A DNA stretch of 63,222 nucleotides, filler included, from Hausera hauseri (Eukaryota), in NCBI GenBank assembly GCA_046269625.1. It is 12 parts of 12 records of this genome, joined end to end, with 100 filler letters (N's around TTAATTAATTAA, not from the genome) between each part and the next. Parts side by side here need not be neighbours in the genome. Positions count along the whole stretch, not along the records: positions 4,764 to 14,315 come from JBJURY010342156.1; positions 14,416 to 19,315 come from JBJURY010398923.1; positions 19,416 to 24,201 come from JBJURY010436471.1; 9 more parts are not named here. One strand, written 5' to 3'. Below, one piece after another: positions 12,837-24,201 of the stretch (the stretch's first letter is position 1; each line of letters starts with the position of its first letter). The notes below the pieces were generated by a model. It saw nothing but the letters and a program-made list of their open reading frames with translations, did no database searches and had not been told where the DNA came from. Made by a program: the position numbers and the translations under genes.

Positions 12837-14135
12837 TCAGAACCAAAATGGTCGAAATAAAATCAATTTATTTTTTAAAATAGTGTACAAAATGTATCTT
12901 CTGTTTAGTATATTTAAACAAAAATATTTTCTGATTGTCTGTATGTTTGTCGATAGATCGATAAGTAAACCTGATGTCAGAGGAATTTCAATGGGGGATA
13001 AATCACACAAGACAATTTCCTGACATCCACGATCGGTGGTGGAATAGAAATGAATAGCGGTATCGTATCCGATTAGCGAGAATTTCGCTCGTTCGGCACC
13101 GGGGAATTTCTCCAATAGATCTGATATCGTTTCCATAATCAACCGGATAATTGACGGATAAAGTGTCCCAGTGGCATTGTAACTGATGTCTAATAGAATG
13201 ACGTAATTTATACAATAAGATGACTTGACTGAATATTCTTTAGGGACGATGTATTCCACGGTAGCCATTTTAATTTCGGACCGTTTCAATGGGTCGACAT
13301 ATGCACCGGTTGTGTCACTGAACAAATAATCGTCGGACAATTCATTAACTTTGAGACAGAGATTGCATTTCCATCGGCGATGATCGGTAAACATGACAAA
13401 TGGATTAATGTATGCCCGACATGCCGATGAACGACATCGTTGGATCATTTTCGATTTGATGATTTGCAGACTGGACAAATCACGGAACGGATGGATGAGA
13501 AGAGCGAATGGCAATCGGGTTTTGTTCAGAATGTCTTCCGAACAAGGCACGGCATTGAGCGTACATCGCATCACGTTCAGATTGCAATTGGTTTTCTTTG
13601 TGAAATGGGACAAATCAGGAACGGGGACGGTGATGCCAAATGGCGGAATGAGAGTACGTTCATCGGCCACGTTTATCATTCGTCTGGATGGCGTCATTGA
13701 ATCGCAATTGAAACCGGATAGTGATGGTGGCGGAATACTGTCTTTAAATGCCATCGTCGATAGTTTATCGGCCGGTTGAGGGAGTTTCGGTGTCATGGAA
13801 TGGCTTACGTTGTTCTGCATGCTGACTTCACTGGTGTTCGTTGGAAATGGCGGCAAACTGTTGGTACTACAACTCATGTTTGTCGGCCTTTCTGGACCAA
13901 CTGTCATTGCGTCGATTGTGGGAATTCCACACGTCTGATCGATACAGCCGTAACTCGATTGGAAATTGATTTCATTCGACGAAACCAGTAATTGATCGTT
14001 TCCCGGATGAACTGATAAGCCCTGAAACGACCCGTTGAGTTTATTAATACCGCCTGTCGAAATGGGTAACGATGAAACGGATGACGATTCCACATTACTT
14101 TGAGACCGCTGACAATAGATATTTTGCGATGCCAT
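12837..14135 (-). CDS. SEC24: COPII coat protein SEC24, N-terminal half only (Zn finger + start of trunk/vWA domain), intronless and 3'-truncated
   Basis: NCNLNVMRCTLNAVP...LPFALLIHPFRDL...RCRSSACRAYINPF...WKCNLC...ATVEYIVPKEY...YVILLDIS...IGYDTAIHFY; homology ends near 12930. Confidence 0.9.
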   Translation of the reverse strand: MASQNIYCQRSQSNVESSSVSSLPISTGGINKLNGSFQGLSVHPGNDQLLVSSNEINFQSSYGCIDQTCGIPTIDAMTVGPERPTNMSCSTNSLPPFPTNTSEVSMQNNVSHSMTPKLPQPADKLSTMAFKDSIPPPSLSGFNCDSMTPSRRMINVADERTLIPPFGITVPVPDLSHFTKKTNCNLNVMRCTLNAVPCSEDILNKTRLPFALLIHPFRDLSSLQIIKSKMIQRCRSSACRAYINPFVMFTDHRRWKCNLCLKVNELSDDYLFSDTTGAYVDPLKRSEIKMATVEYIVPKEYSVKSSYCINYVILLDISYNATGTLYPSIIRLIMETISDLLEKFPGAERAKFSLIGYDTAIHFYSTTDRGCQEIVLCDLSPIEIPLTSGLLIDLSTNIQTIRKYFCLNILNRRYILYTILKNKLILFRPFWF

Positions 14136-14415
14136 ATAATTCGAATTGGAAAAGAAATTATTATTGGAGTGAAGGGGAGAGCGTAACAGTAACAGCGTTA
14201 GAAGAAAGGGAAATAATAGAAGAACCAGGACTGCAAATGATATGCGGAATAGTAAGGTTGAACCAGAAAAAGGAGATACCAGTGATGATAGTGAATCACA
14301 CGGGAAAAACCATCANNNNNNNNNNNNNNNNNNNNNNNNNNNNNNNNNNNNNNNNNNNNTTAATTAATTAANNNNNNNNNNNNNNNNNNNNNNNNNNNNN
14401 NNNNNNNNNNNNNNN

Positions 14416-16341
14416 TTTCATTCTCTCTATTAGGGTTTATTTTGATAGCTAAGTACAGTAATACTTTTCTTAATTATTCAGTGGTGTTTTCTACCATGAT
14501 CTTTTCGATCACCGTTTCATCGGTTAAGTTGCTTTTGATAATTTAAAACGTGAAATTCTCATCATCCTGGCTACATTAAATATCTCCATTTCTTTATCGT
14601 CCTGTGTGCCGCCTCGTAGGCTTGAATAATTTACAATTCGTATCAAATTCCTCATTAATTTGCTTAGATCTTCATTGTCTGTGCTGGACATAGGAATCGA
14701 CATTTGTCTCCACTCTGTAACCATTTCCCCATTATAGTCAACTTCTCGTGTCTTCTGAGGTCTACCGACTGGGCGTTTGTGTCTCAAGATATCGGTTATC
14801 GTTTTACTTAGTGGCACTAAATTTATATCATATTGTTCCTTGTCTTCATCCGTTTGTAAATATTCAAAATACATTGCAGCTTCTCGGACTCCCATGACTT
14901 GTCCCACACACTGTTCAGTTTTAGCTTTACGCGTGGCTTCTTTAGTCTGCTCATTGGCTATTATCACCACTATTCCATTTGTTTTGTCAGGTATAATCCC
15001 AACGTCTATCAACTGTTCTAGGTAGTCCAGTATTCTACCTCTAAAGTAGAATCTATAGCTTAGCTCGTTTGTCCCACCATTATTTATAAACTATTTTCTT
15101 ATATCCCTCACATAGGAATATGTAGTTAACTCACATTCTTTTTCATCCATCCGTTCGCATGATATTTTTATTTTCAGCGTTACCTTAGGTTTAGCCCTTA
15201 AGATTTTAGCATATTTCTTTATCGAAAGTTTCGGCATTGCGCTATAAATTGTGTTCTTACTAGACAATTTAGTCAAAGTCGGAATAAGTTGCCTTAACTT
15301 ACTTTCAGTAATGTTTACGTTAATTAGTTCGATTAAATTTTATTTAGATAGTGCTGAATCCAGGAGCATCTCCATATTGAATCTACTATTCTGCGGACAC
15401 GTTTCTAATTCATTTAGCTGTACTGAAGTCACAGGATTTTTGGCCGTTAATGCATTTAAGTACGCATCCCATTCCGGTTCACTTCCAATGTCTGGGGATC
15501 CATAGTCTTCCAATGCTATATTCATTCTTTGTACATTTTCTTGAATTTCCTTTAACTTTGGTTGTATTTCTTTAATCTGTGTGGTCCGGAACCCTATTTC
15601 GTTTCCACAAGCGTTCTGAATTAGTTTTAATAATTCGCGCAGTTCGTTCACTGAAATGAATCCTCTTTGATGGTAGTCGGTCAATTAGATAAGTACATTC
15701 TTTTGCCATCTTTGTAAAATCCATGCTTATTTTTTATTTCTGACTCAGTGAAGACGTATTTGTTCCGATAATTTTCGAGCTCTTTTATTAGTTCGTCTAA
15801 CCTGGTTGCTCTTTGTTTGGTTCTAAAACATGTTTCTTCAGCCTGTCTTATTCGAGATATGAATTGTTTCATCCTTTCATCACCAATCTGTGCCATTTCT
15901 ACGAGCAACAGTACAAGCTCGTATATGTCGTTAAGAATATTTAAGTCAGGATCTATCGCAGTGAGCAATTTCTTTACAAATTTAGTTTCCTCAAAACTAA
16001 GATGTTGGTCGTTTCTTATTTTTGTCAACTCGGTATGGCAATTCTGATCTGTTCCAGCTATACATTCTTGTGGTTTATGTATAAATCTTATTACTTCCTC
16101 TATAGCCGTTTTATGTTCTGGACAAATATCTAAGGCTTCGATATCCTGGATGGAAATTTCATCGATAGATTTAGCTGTTAGATGCTGGATTCCCTCTAGT
16201 CGGACGTTTCTTAATCTTGGGTGAAATTGGCAAGTCATATTCTGCTTTTCTGTAAAGATTGTTTCTTCGATCATTTTATATATTTCTTTTACATATTTTA
16301 TATATTTGTTCTAATATCGTTTCTATCATTGTGTCTAGCAT
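14416..16341 (-). pseudogene. ORF2 of the RING-LTR element: helical N-region + ubiquitin-like domain (~14960-15183) + AT-hook-like KRPVGRP; disrupted
   Basis: ORFs 15340-15684, 15091-15276 and 14524-15012 share one frame. Read-through gives VTLKIKISCERMDEKECELTTYSYVRDIRK*FINNGGTNELSYRFYFRGRILDYLEQLIDVGIIPDKTNGIVVII, which aligns by eye to ubiquitin (RFYFRGRIL vs RLIFAGKQL; LIDVGI vs LSDYNI). Confidence 0.65.
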
Positions 16342-16360
16342 ATCTATGAACTGTCAATTC

Positions 16361-17083
16361 TTATTCTTGTGCGAATTGTAAAATCCTTTCAAAATTTCCA
16401 GGTCTGGCCAAAATTAGCTGTTTAACTAAATCTCGGGACCAAATATCACTAATTAATTGTGTCGTCGTCATGACATCCAAATCTGGCGGGGTTGCCTTTT
16501 CTGCAGCATCACATTCTGCGTCTGATTTAGCTTTTGCTACATTAGCTATTCTCAAAGTACTCACATAACTATTAGCGAGTTTCTTCAATGCAAATGCAAA
16601 CTGGGTTACCGATTCACCCTTCTGTTGCACCCTATTCTGAAATGCCATAAGTTTCTGTTGTGGCCTTACACTCGGCAATAATTTACGGTTCAATGCTCCT
16701 ACCAAGGAGGACCAAGATTTCTTCTCGTCATTAGTAAGTTCACTATAAGCATCGGCGGATAAATTCTTCAAATATAGCGATAAACGTTTAATCATTATTT
16801 CAAGAGTAAAATTGGTACATTCTGCGTACAATTTATAAGTCCTCAAAAATTCGTTTAGCCCGTCCGGATCACCGTCGTATGCTGGGAGATTCAGAAAATT
16901 AAAAGTGAAGATGTCTAGCTTCTGCGCTACTGGTGGGTTCTCTGCTGCCATGTGAGTCTCAAAATTTACTTTATTAACTTTAAGTTCTACAAGAGGAATT
17001 TTAAACTTATCGATTCGCTCAACGGCGGTTAACTCTGTATTAGCTAAATTTACTCTAGTTTCCGAAATTGAACGTTTATGCAA
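16361..17083 (-). CDS. Retrotransposon Gag (capsid-like domain)
   Basis: LPAYDGDPDGLNEFL...LSLYLKNLSADAY...SWSSLVGAL...RVQQKGESVTQFAFALKKLA (major-homology-region pattern QxxxESVxxF). Confidence 0.85.
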   Translation of the reverse strand: MHKRSISETRVNLANTELTAVERIDKFKIPLVELKVNKVNFETHMAAENPPVAQKLDIFTFNFLNLPAYDGDPDGLNEFLRTYKLYAECTNFTLEIMIKRLSLYLKNLSADAYSELTNDEKKSWSSLVGALNRKLLPSVRPQQKLMAFQNRVQQKGESVTQFAFALKKLANSYVSTLRIANVAKAKSDAECDAAEKATPPDLDVMTTTQLISDIWSRDLVKQLILARPGNFERILQFAQE

Positions 17084-17358
17084 ATTTTTGCTATCTCTAT
17101 ATATATTCCTACTTGTCTAGCGTATATGCGAGTTCTTTCTATCGTTTCGACCAAGGTTTCCCTTTAGCCTATGAATATTTGTTCCCTAGATTTTTACTTT
17201 AAATTTTCCGTTCAACTTATAACCCCCCCCAAAATTTAAACTTCCGAACTATATTCGATTACTTGATGTGGGGCGCTGATCGCCGATGTCGTTTTAGTTA
17301 ACTCTCAGCTGAAGTAAAGTCTAGCGAGGCACTAATCTGTCATGCTAGGGTCGCCAAA

Positions 17359-18075
17359 TGTTATATATTGGGGTGGCCCTTATTCAACTCTCACTATATA
17401 ACAGTAGTTTCCTTGAAATTAAACTCTCTTATTCCGCAGGTAAGGTCTATCGAAACCAATAGACAAATTGTTCCTTATCTTATAGCTCTATTTTAAAACA
17501 GTAAGTGCGTGTACTGCGTGCTTTCAGATGTTTGCAATTTTAATGTACTCTCGTCTTACCTATCAAATTTTACAGTATATTTTAATTCCTAGTGGAGTCT
17601 AATTACCCTTATTGGACAATTTGAAACTATATGAAAGCTTTAAATCAAGACAAAATTTAATGAAAATAACGATTTCCAACTCACGGATATACAGGAATTC
17701 GGATCAATGATAAGATAATATCGTCAAAGTTTTACTGTTAATACTGACAGGTTTGATTCTCGTTTCAATTCTTCGTTTTCGCTACTTCTGTTTCACTGTT
17801 TTCACTTCTGCTTTTACAGTCTTAGAGCTTGTCAAAAAGCTGTTTTAATTTCCTTTTTTTTACTTTAATAGTGATTAATTTCTAGTTTTATTTCATTATC
17901 AATGGGTATATACATATTTGATTCATACCATATCTATTTACATTTATGACCAATTCAGTTAATTATAATTTCCGACAGTTGGAATAACAAAATTATTATT
18001 TATAATTAATATTGCCAGCTGTGGCATTAGTTTCGGTTCATGGACCATCCATTTTGATAGCCTACTGGTATAACA
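17359..18075 (-). repeat. LTR (~717 bp) of the RING element, copy 1
   Basis: Flanked by PPT upstream and PBS downstream; TG...CA ends; U5 half homologous to 56889-57200. Confidence 0.8.
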
Positions 18076-19315
18076 TTTCTCCTCTTTGAACTGTATCCTC
18101 GAAGGTGCCCATTTCATTAGAAGTGCCGCCAACTCTCGGTTGTCTCAGCATATTTATGCGTCATTGTAAACTCGCTCCGGAGTCTATGTTGGGTTGGTTG
18201 ATTCGGACATTTGTTTCTAACTTGTAACTATGATGGGGTCAGATACGGACTATTCGTGTATAACGTCCGTTTAAATAACGTTTTAGGTCAATCGCCTCGG
18301 CCCGGCATACTGGGCAAGTAGTTTTACCGTTTTCCAAGGTCCACCTCTCTAGACAGTCTCTACAATATTTATGTCGCGCTCTTTAGTGTCTAGGATATAA
18401 GATTCTTGCTGTAAGTCTGCTTCACTTACGGGACATTCGTGTGCTTCTTTCTCCCATTTCTTATCGTCTAGATCCACCCTTATCAATATCTCAATTTTCT
18501 CGAATATTAGACCATCCTCGCCCTGGTACAGGTACCCATGGATCCTGCTTTGTTTGGAATCTACGGAACTTCTTCTTGGATCGCAGCTTACTGTCACCAG
18601 TGTCCAGTCCGCCAAGACTTCGTGATCCAAGTTGGGAATCTTCTTTTCGGTCTAATACTTCTGATAATGTTTCTTTAGTAATGTTGTTATTTGTTTGTCC
18701 ACGGGTACCATTAGCCTGCCATTCCTTTTCGACTGGAAAATTGGGGCAACATATTTTCTTAACTTGGGATTTTCCCAGATGTAAGTATTTTTATGTACTT
18801 CTCTTTTCGGTGTGGTCTTAAGGTAAAACATTGCTTCTTTGACCTTTCCGTGACTATAATGTTCGGTGGTCACTAATATTTTTGAACAGTCCTTGGTTGT
18901 TGCGAATTATGTATTTCCTGAAGATAATCATAGAATGGAAGTTTTTTCCTTGATTCTTGGATCATTTTCTCAATTTTATGTTTTTTTTTAAATCTTCGGA
19001 ATTTTGAATATTCCGGTTTCGTTTTTTCCTTGGTTGTTATTTCGGATCTTCTGTGGCTGGTATCCGGTAGTTCCTCTGTGGTTGATTTTCGGACGGCCTT
19101 GGATATGGTTAGTTTAGGATTATCTTCTTCTACCGGTGCGATAACTCTATTAGTAGTATAGGTGCAATATTTTTCCGATGTTTTTCGTTAATCCCTTTTG
19201 GATTTGAAGAGCTGCATAGATTCCGTTCTGATTTATTGGGAGTCCATACATGATCCCACTTCAACCCTACATAAATATCGTGGTGGTATTGGATACGTTG
19301 ACTCGCCATCAACAT
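18062..19315 (-). pseudogene. RING-finger ORF of the LTR element, copy 1 (stops and frameshifts)
   Basis: TYIWENPKL...ADWTLVTVSCDPRRSSV...IHGYLYQ...ECPVSEADLQQ / RHKYCRDCLERWTLENGKTTCPVCRAEA; collinear with 57680-58705. Confidence 0.85.
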
Positions 19316-19415
19316 NNNNNNNNNNNNNNNNNNNNNNNNNNNNNNNNNNNNNNNNNNNNTTAATTAATTAANNNNNNNNNNNNNNNNNNNNNNNNNNNNN
19401 NNNNNNNNNNNNNNN

Positions 19416-22380
19416 AATCCTAAATCGTACTGTTTCATAAGCACCCCATCATAGCGTTTTACAACTTCCACTAATTGACCCTCCGCAATTTCCGGTTTTC
19501 CCATTGTTCTCACTGCTGCAATCTCTCGTTCGAGATCCACTAATGCCGGTTTTCATTAATTTCAAATCAAATACCTTTAAAATATATATACGTCCAATAG
19601 CTTCCGGCCTGATTGTTACATTACTATCAATTCAATCCCATGTACTTCAGCACCTCATGTACTTCCCCAAACGCCCATCACTTTTCGAAAAGGCTCCACT
19701 CAATATTAAAGCGCACTTCGTTAGCCTAGGCTGTCCCATCGCTTTCCAAATCTTTCCATTGATTACTGACACTTGCTCCACTATCCAACATTTCTATTCC
19801 ACACTTGTTCAACTTCACTTTACTCTACCACCGTCCGTCTTCTCCCACTACCATTGCTGCATCTCGATTTTACAAATCTACGCCAACTCCACTGACGAAA
19901 TGCTCACAGCAGAGTTTCTTGTGTTTAAAGTTTCTTTAAAGTCTTCATATTGCACTATTTCATCCCTATGGTCGTCATACATCTCTTCTACACGCACACA
20001 TCGGATTTACCTGCCGTAATTTGAAAGTTTCTAAATCCGTGTCCACTTTTTCTACATATCAAACAAGTTGTTTAAAAGGCAGTTTCTCCTAATGTGCTCA
20101 TATTTTCCACAGAAAAACAATCACTTCTTCTTTCGACGCTGGTACCTGTTTCACGCTGCAGTAGAGCTTTCTAACTTCATTATACAGTGCGTTGGATCCC
20201 GTCTTTATCTGTGCTCAAACTGAAAGGTGGTTTCTTGTACGGAGCAATATTGTTCATCGACCTCGTTTCAAACCTTTCTTTTCTCGTATATTCTGTTCCA
20301 CTCTTGTGGTTGAACCGTCTTCTGTCATATACTTTCCAAGATTTCGCTTGGGAGCGTTTACAGCATTCCGGAAGGATTTCTTCACCAGAGCTCATTCTCT
20401 GTATTCTTCTACGGTTTGGCAATCCTCCAAAATTTTCACCTCCCTAATCTCTTCTACCGTCATTTTTGATTTGAAGACAAACTTCTGCCTTAACATTTGT
20501 TAGCCGCGGGAGCGTCCATGCCGCTCATCTCGTCGCTCAGCTTGGTTGAGTTGAAAAATCCCCGTCCTCTGGTATATCCGCTAAAGCGGAATTTGACCAT
20601 TTGTAATCACTCATTGAAAAGTTAACACCAGTTATTAAAATTATTATTTTAAAACACTCATTTTGAAACAAATTTCCTGAAATTCTCAATTTAAATTTTA
20701 TTTTTGTAAATAAATTTTTAATATTAAATTAAATTAAATTCGTGGTTGGCTTTTTTAATTTTTAAATTTGCTTTTAATTTAAATTTGGAATTTCACTTCA
20801 CGATTATATCCTCACATCCCCCTTTTTTAAGAATCTCCAAAGTTTGGCCATCTTCATGTCGTACGTATCGTCTGTCGTGTACTTTCTCAATGATCGTATA
20901 CGGGCCTTCGTATGTCTTTCTCCTTTGTTGTTGATTACTTCCGTACCAGCACCTGATCCCCTACTTCAAACGTCCTTTTTACCGAGGGTCCTTCCTGAGC
21001 CTCTGTGTTCCTCCCTTCTGTTCTTTCTTTTTGTCCATACCATCTTTCTCTATATATCATCCTGCCAAATATTATCTCTGTTAGGCTCTTGCCTGTCGTC
21101 TTTTGGATTGTCGCATTCGACGTAAATTCTATTTCTGGTAGTATGTCCTCCCGGTCCACTCTCGATTTTTCTGCTATGGTGGCATTTATGTATTCTCCGA
21201 TTGTTCGGAATTGTCGCTCGATGATATCATTTGTGTTGTGGTGGTATGAACTCGAATAGCGCTTTTTTATATTCATTGATGACATGTCTTTTATAAATTT
21301 CGACTCAAATGCTTTCTCGAAGTCTGTATGTATTTCTTTAGGTGTTCCGCATTTAAGGATCCATTTATTTTCTATCTCTGTTTTGATGGTTACTTCGTCT
21401 TGCTTCGGTATAGCAATTAGGGTTACGTATCTACTGTACTGATCTATCATTGCTAAAATATATCTTTTTATTCTCCATGTTTCCTTCATTGGTTCACAGA
21501 TATCTATGTATATTTTCTCGAATAGCTCGTTTGACGATAGGTTCACTGTTTCTTCCTTCGTGCTGTTTGTCAAGGTTTACTTCGCTGACAAGCTTCACAA
21601 TGTCGAACTACTATCTGGACTGCTCGTAGGTCGTACATATCGTAGTTACTGTCAATGTATTTTATTATCTTTTCTGATCCTGCGTGGGACAGCATGACAT
21701 GGTTATGCATTATCATTTCTACTTGTCTGTTCGTGTGTATTCACATCTTACCTGTTCGTATTTTTATATCGTCTTGTAATATAAAACTTCCTTGTTTACT
21801 TCGGACAATACTTTTATTTCTTCGATTTCCCTGCTGTCCTTCTGGTATTGGTGTTTTTGCTGTTTCAACGTTTATCCTCCGAGTCTTGCTTTTCTGCATT
21901 TTGGCGTCGTCGCGTCGTTGTAGACATTGGCTGCATGTTTCGCAACTCGTGCGGGGTAACATATCTGCGTTCGCATGATCTGTGCCTTTCCTGTACTCCA
22001 GATTGATTTAAAGACTGGATAGGTAGTTGATCCACGTCTGAAATTGGGCTGTTATCGGTTTTTTGTCTTTACCATGAACGTTATTGCCTTGTGGTCCGTT
22101 CTCAATGTGAACCGTCTCCCGTATAGGTAATGGTTGAAATGTTGACAGAAATAATACATGGCCAGTAATTCCTTCCGAGTTATACAATATCCTTTTTAAT
22201 GGTTGTTCATTGCGTTTGATCCGTATGCAATCACTATCTCGCGCCCAAAAGTATCCTTCTGAGGCAGTACCGCTCCAATTGTGTCTAAGCTTGCGTCCGT
22301 ATCAAGGATAAACTCTGTTGAAATCAGGGAAACCTATTATTGGCGGTGTGGCTAAGGCTCGAAGGTCTCGTTACATTACC
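19416..22380 (-). mobile_element. Ty3/Gypsy element in pol - PPT - LTR - PBS - gag/protease arrangement, degenerate
   Basis: RNase H ILDTDASLDTIGAVL...RKELLA...LRTDHKA (22000-22320); integrase KIYIDI...IERQFRT...FEVGDQVLVR (20935-21573); PPT aaaaaaggggga; degenerate CCHC CGKYEHIRRNC (~20080-20120); protease LDSGA (~19770-19790). Confidence 0.8.
20602..20816 (-). repeat. AT-rich LTR (~215 bp) shared between upstream pol and downstream gag
   Basis: TGTGA...TTACA ends; PPT directly 5'; 2-nt spacer then a TGG-initiated PBS-like sequence (tggtcaaattccgc) 3'. Confidence 0.7.
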
Positions 22381-22741
22381 CGGTCCATATTATTTGTGGA
22401 TGTTTTCGTTTGTTGGCTCCGCTCTTGTTCGTATAAGTTGCATATCGGGAATAAAAAAATATCCTAGCTGAACAATTTGAAGTCGTCGAAGAAGAAAACC
22501 TTTTATTATTTAAACACATTTAAAAAATATCAGTGTTTTTCGTTTGCTTTTTGCATTTGCTATCACGGTAATTATTCTGCCTCCCCACACATTATTCCTG
22601 TTTGTCGTAAATTTATAATATGAATAAGAAGTCAATTCACTGATGTTATAAATACTGTATTCAATTACGGATTCGTGAAATTTAGAAAATCCAATGTTAA
22701 AGAAAAATCATGCCCGAAATTTTATTTGTTTTAGGCACAAC

Positions 22742-24201
22742 ATAGCCCCCTGTGAAAAGTTAAAAAATGATATTTAGCAGCTATTTTGACGAATTTTTCC
22801 AAAAAACTGAATACTAAGTTTTAGTCGTCCTGATTCTACATGAATGATACTATACATGGCCATATGGTTTAAACTGCACTTTTTGCGTGTTTTTATGGTG
22901 AGAGCTGGTAGTTCGTTTGACGAGTTTGTGGAAAGTAGCGTATTTTGAGAAGTTTGCGTTTGCTCATTTCCTGCTCCATCTGCGCAGTCATCAATGTGAA
23001 TGGTCCGTAGAAAATGAGATATTGTTTCGTTATTTGGACATTTATAGGGGCTGGAGACTTCCTCAACTATTTCTCTTGAGGCATTGGACGGTGGTTAGTT
23101 TGGCTATTATTTTGAATTAATAGCTGTTTTAGAGAGTCTGGTTGTGGTAAGTTAAATAAATCATAACAAAGGTTTATTATCAGGGGTTTTATTTTCATTA
23201 ACCGTTTTTTCCGCACCGTCTGTGATAAAAAAGCTGGTTTCACGTTTGTAACGTGAATGACTACTTCCTTTCCGTCGCGAAGTATTATAGCGTTATGCGA
23301 ATGCAATTCCATCAGTTTGTATGGTTCAATATATGCCGGTTGAAAAGCGTGCTGCGATGGGTTACGCACCCAGACAAACTTTTCTTCATACAATTTCTTT
23401 GGTAGAAACGTCTTTTCCTGTTTAGCACTCTGCAAAATTTGTCATTATCGAGGTCAATAAAATTTTGTCTTGCTGCGTTAATGTTCTGATCTGTAGGTGT
23501 TCTTTCACTTTCCTCAACGTCAGTGCCCTGATAGATGTTTCAAACAAAGCTTGTGCTGGAGAACAGTCAGTTGATGTTGATGGAGTATTTCTCCAACCTA
23601 AGAGAATTAATGGAAGAATTGACAGCCAGTTTGGATTAGCTTCGGCGAAGATTTTTAGCGACACCTTCAGCGTTCTGTGAAAGCGTTCGATTGAGCTGTT
23701 TGCTTGAGGGTTGTAAGGTGACGTATGAACGTGGGTGATTCCTAACGTGTTGACTAAAGCTTTGAAGAAAGCTGACTCAAACTGGGCTCCTTGATCGGTA
23801 ACGATATATTTAGGAGAGTCATGGCATGATAACCAAGTATTTATGAAAGCGTTGGCCACTGTTTCAGCGTCTATACGTTTTAATGGAATTGCTTCTGGCC
23901 ATCGAGTGCATAGATCCATCATAGTAAGTAAATACTGATGTCCTTGGGCTGGTGGTAAAGGGCCAACTAAATCCAAGTGTACAGTTTTGAATCGCGAAGT
24001 ACAAGGAAAATGAAAATTTGGTGGTTTAATATTTTTATTTACTTTAAATTTTTGGCACGCTACGCATTGCTCAACGCAGTTCTAAACATCCTTTTGCATT
24101 AAAGGCCAGTTAACTGAATATGTAAGAGATTATAGGTGTGTCATGCTCCTGGATGATGCAATCGATACACGTGATCAAATGTCTTTTTTCGGAAGGAGTC
24201 A
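22742..24201 (-). mobile_element. CsRN1-like Gypsy integrase and 3' end (second copy of the family at 5021-10572)
   Basis: VHLDLVGPLPPAQGHQYLLTMMD...RWPEAIPL...IVTDQGAQFES...SPYNPQANSSIERFHRTLK; PPT cagggggcta followed by TGTTGTGCC at 22742. Confidence 0.88.

Larger units (their letters stand above)
14416..19315 (-). mobile_element. LTR element copy 1 in tandem/permuted layout: RING ORF - PPT - LTR - PBS - gag - ORF2 (UBL)
   Basis: PPT aaagaggagaaa (18076-18087); LTR TGTTATA...TATAACA (17359-18075); PBS tggcgaccctag (from 17356); gag 16361-17083; homology to 56889-58794. Confidence 0.8.

Noticed and set aside
14140-14315. Short + strand ORF resembling a Gypsy PR-RT linker
   Set aside because: Too short and lacks a diagnostic motif.
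17359-17403. 45-bp TG...CA unit as a complete mini-LTR, or the RING ORF as lying inside a giant LTR
   Set aside because: No PPT precedes the 45-bp unit. A clear PPT+TGT occurs at 18075 and 57687 in the two copies, giving 717/799-bp LTRs with the RING ORF internal.
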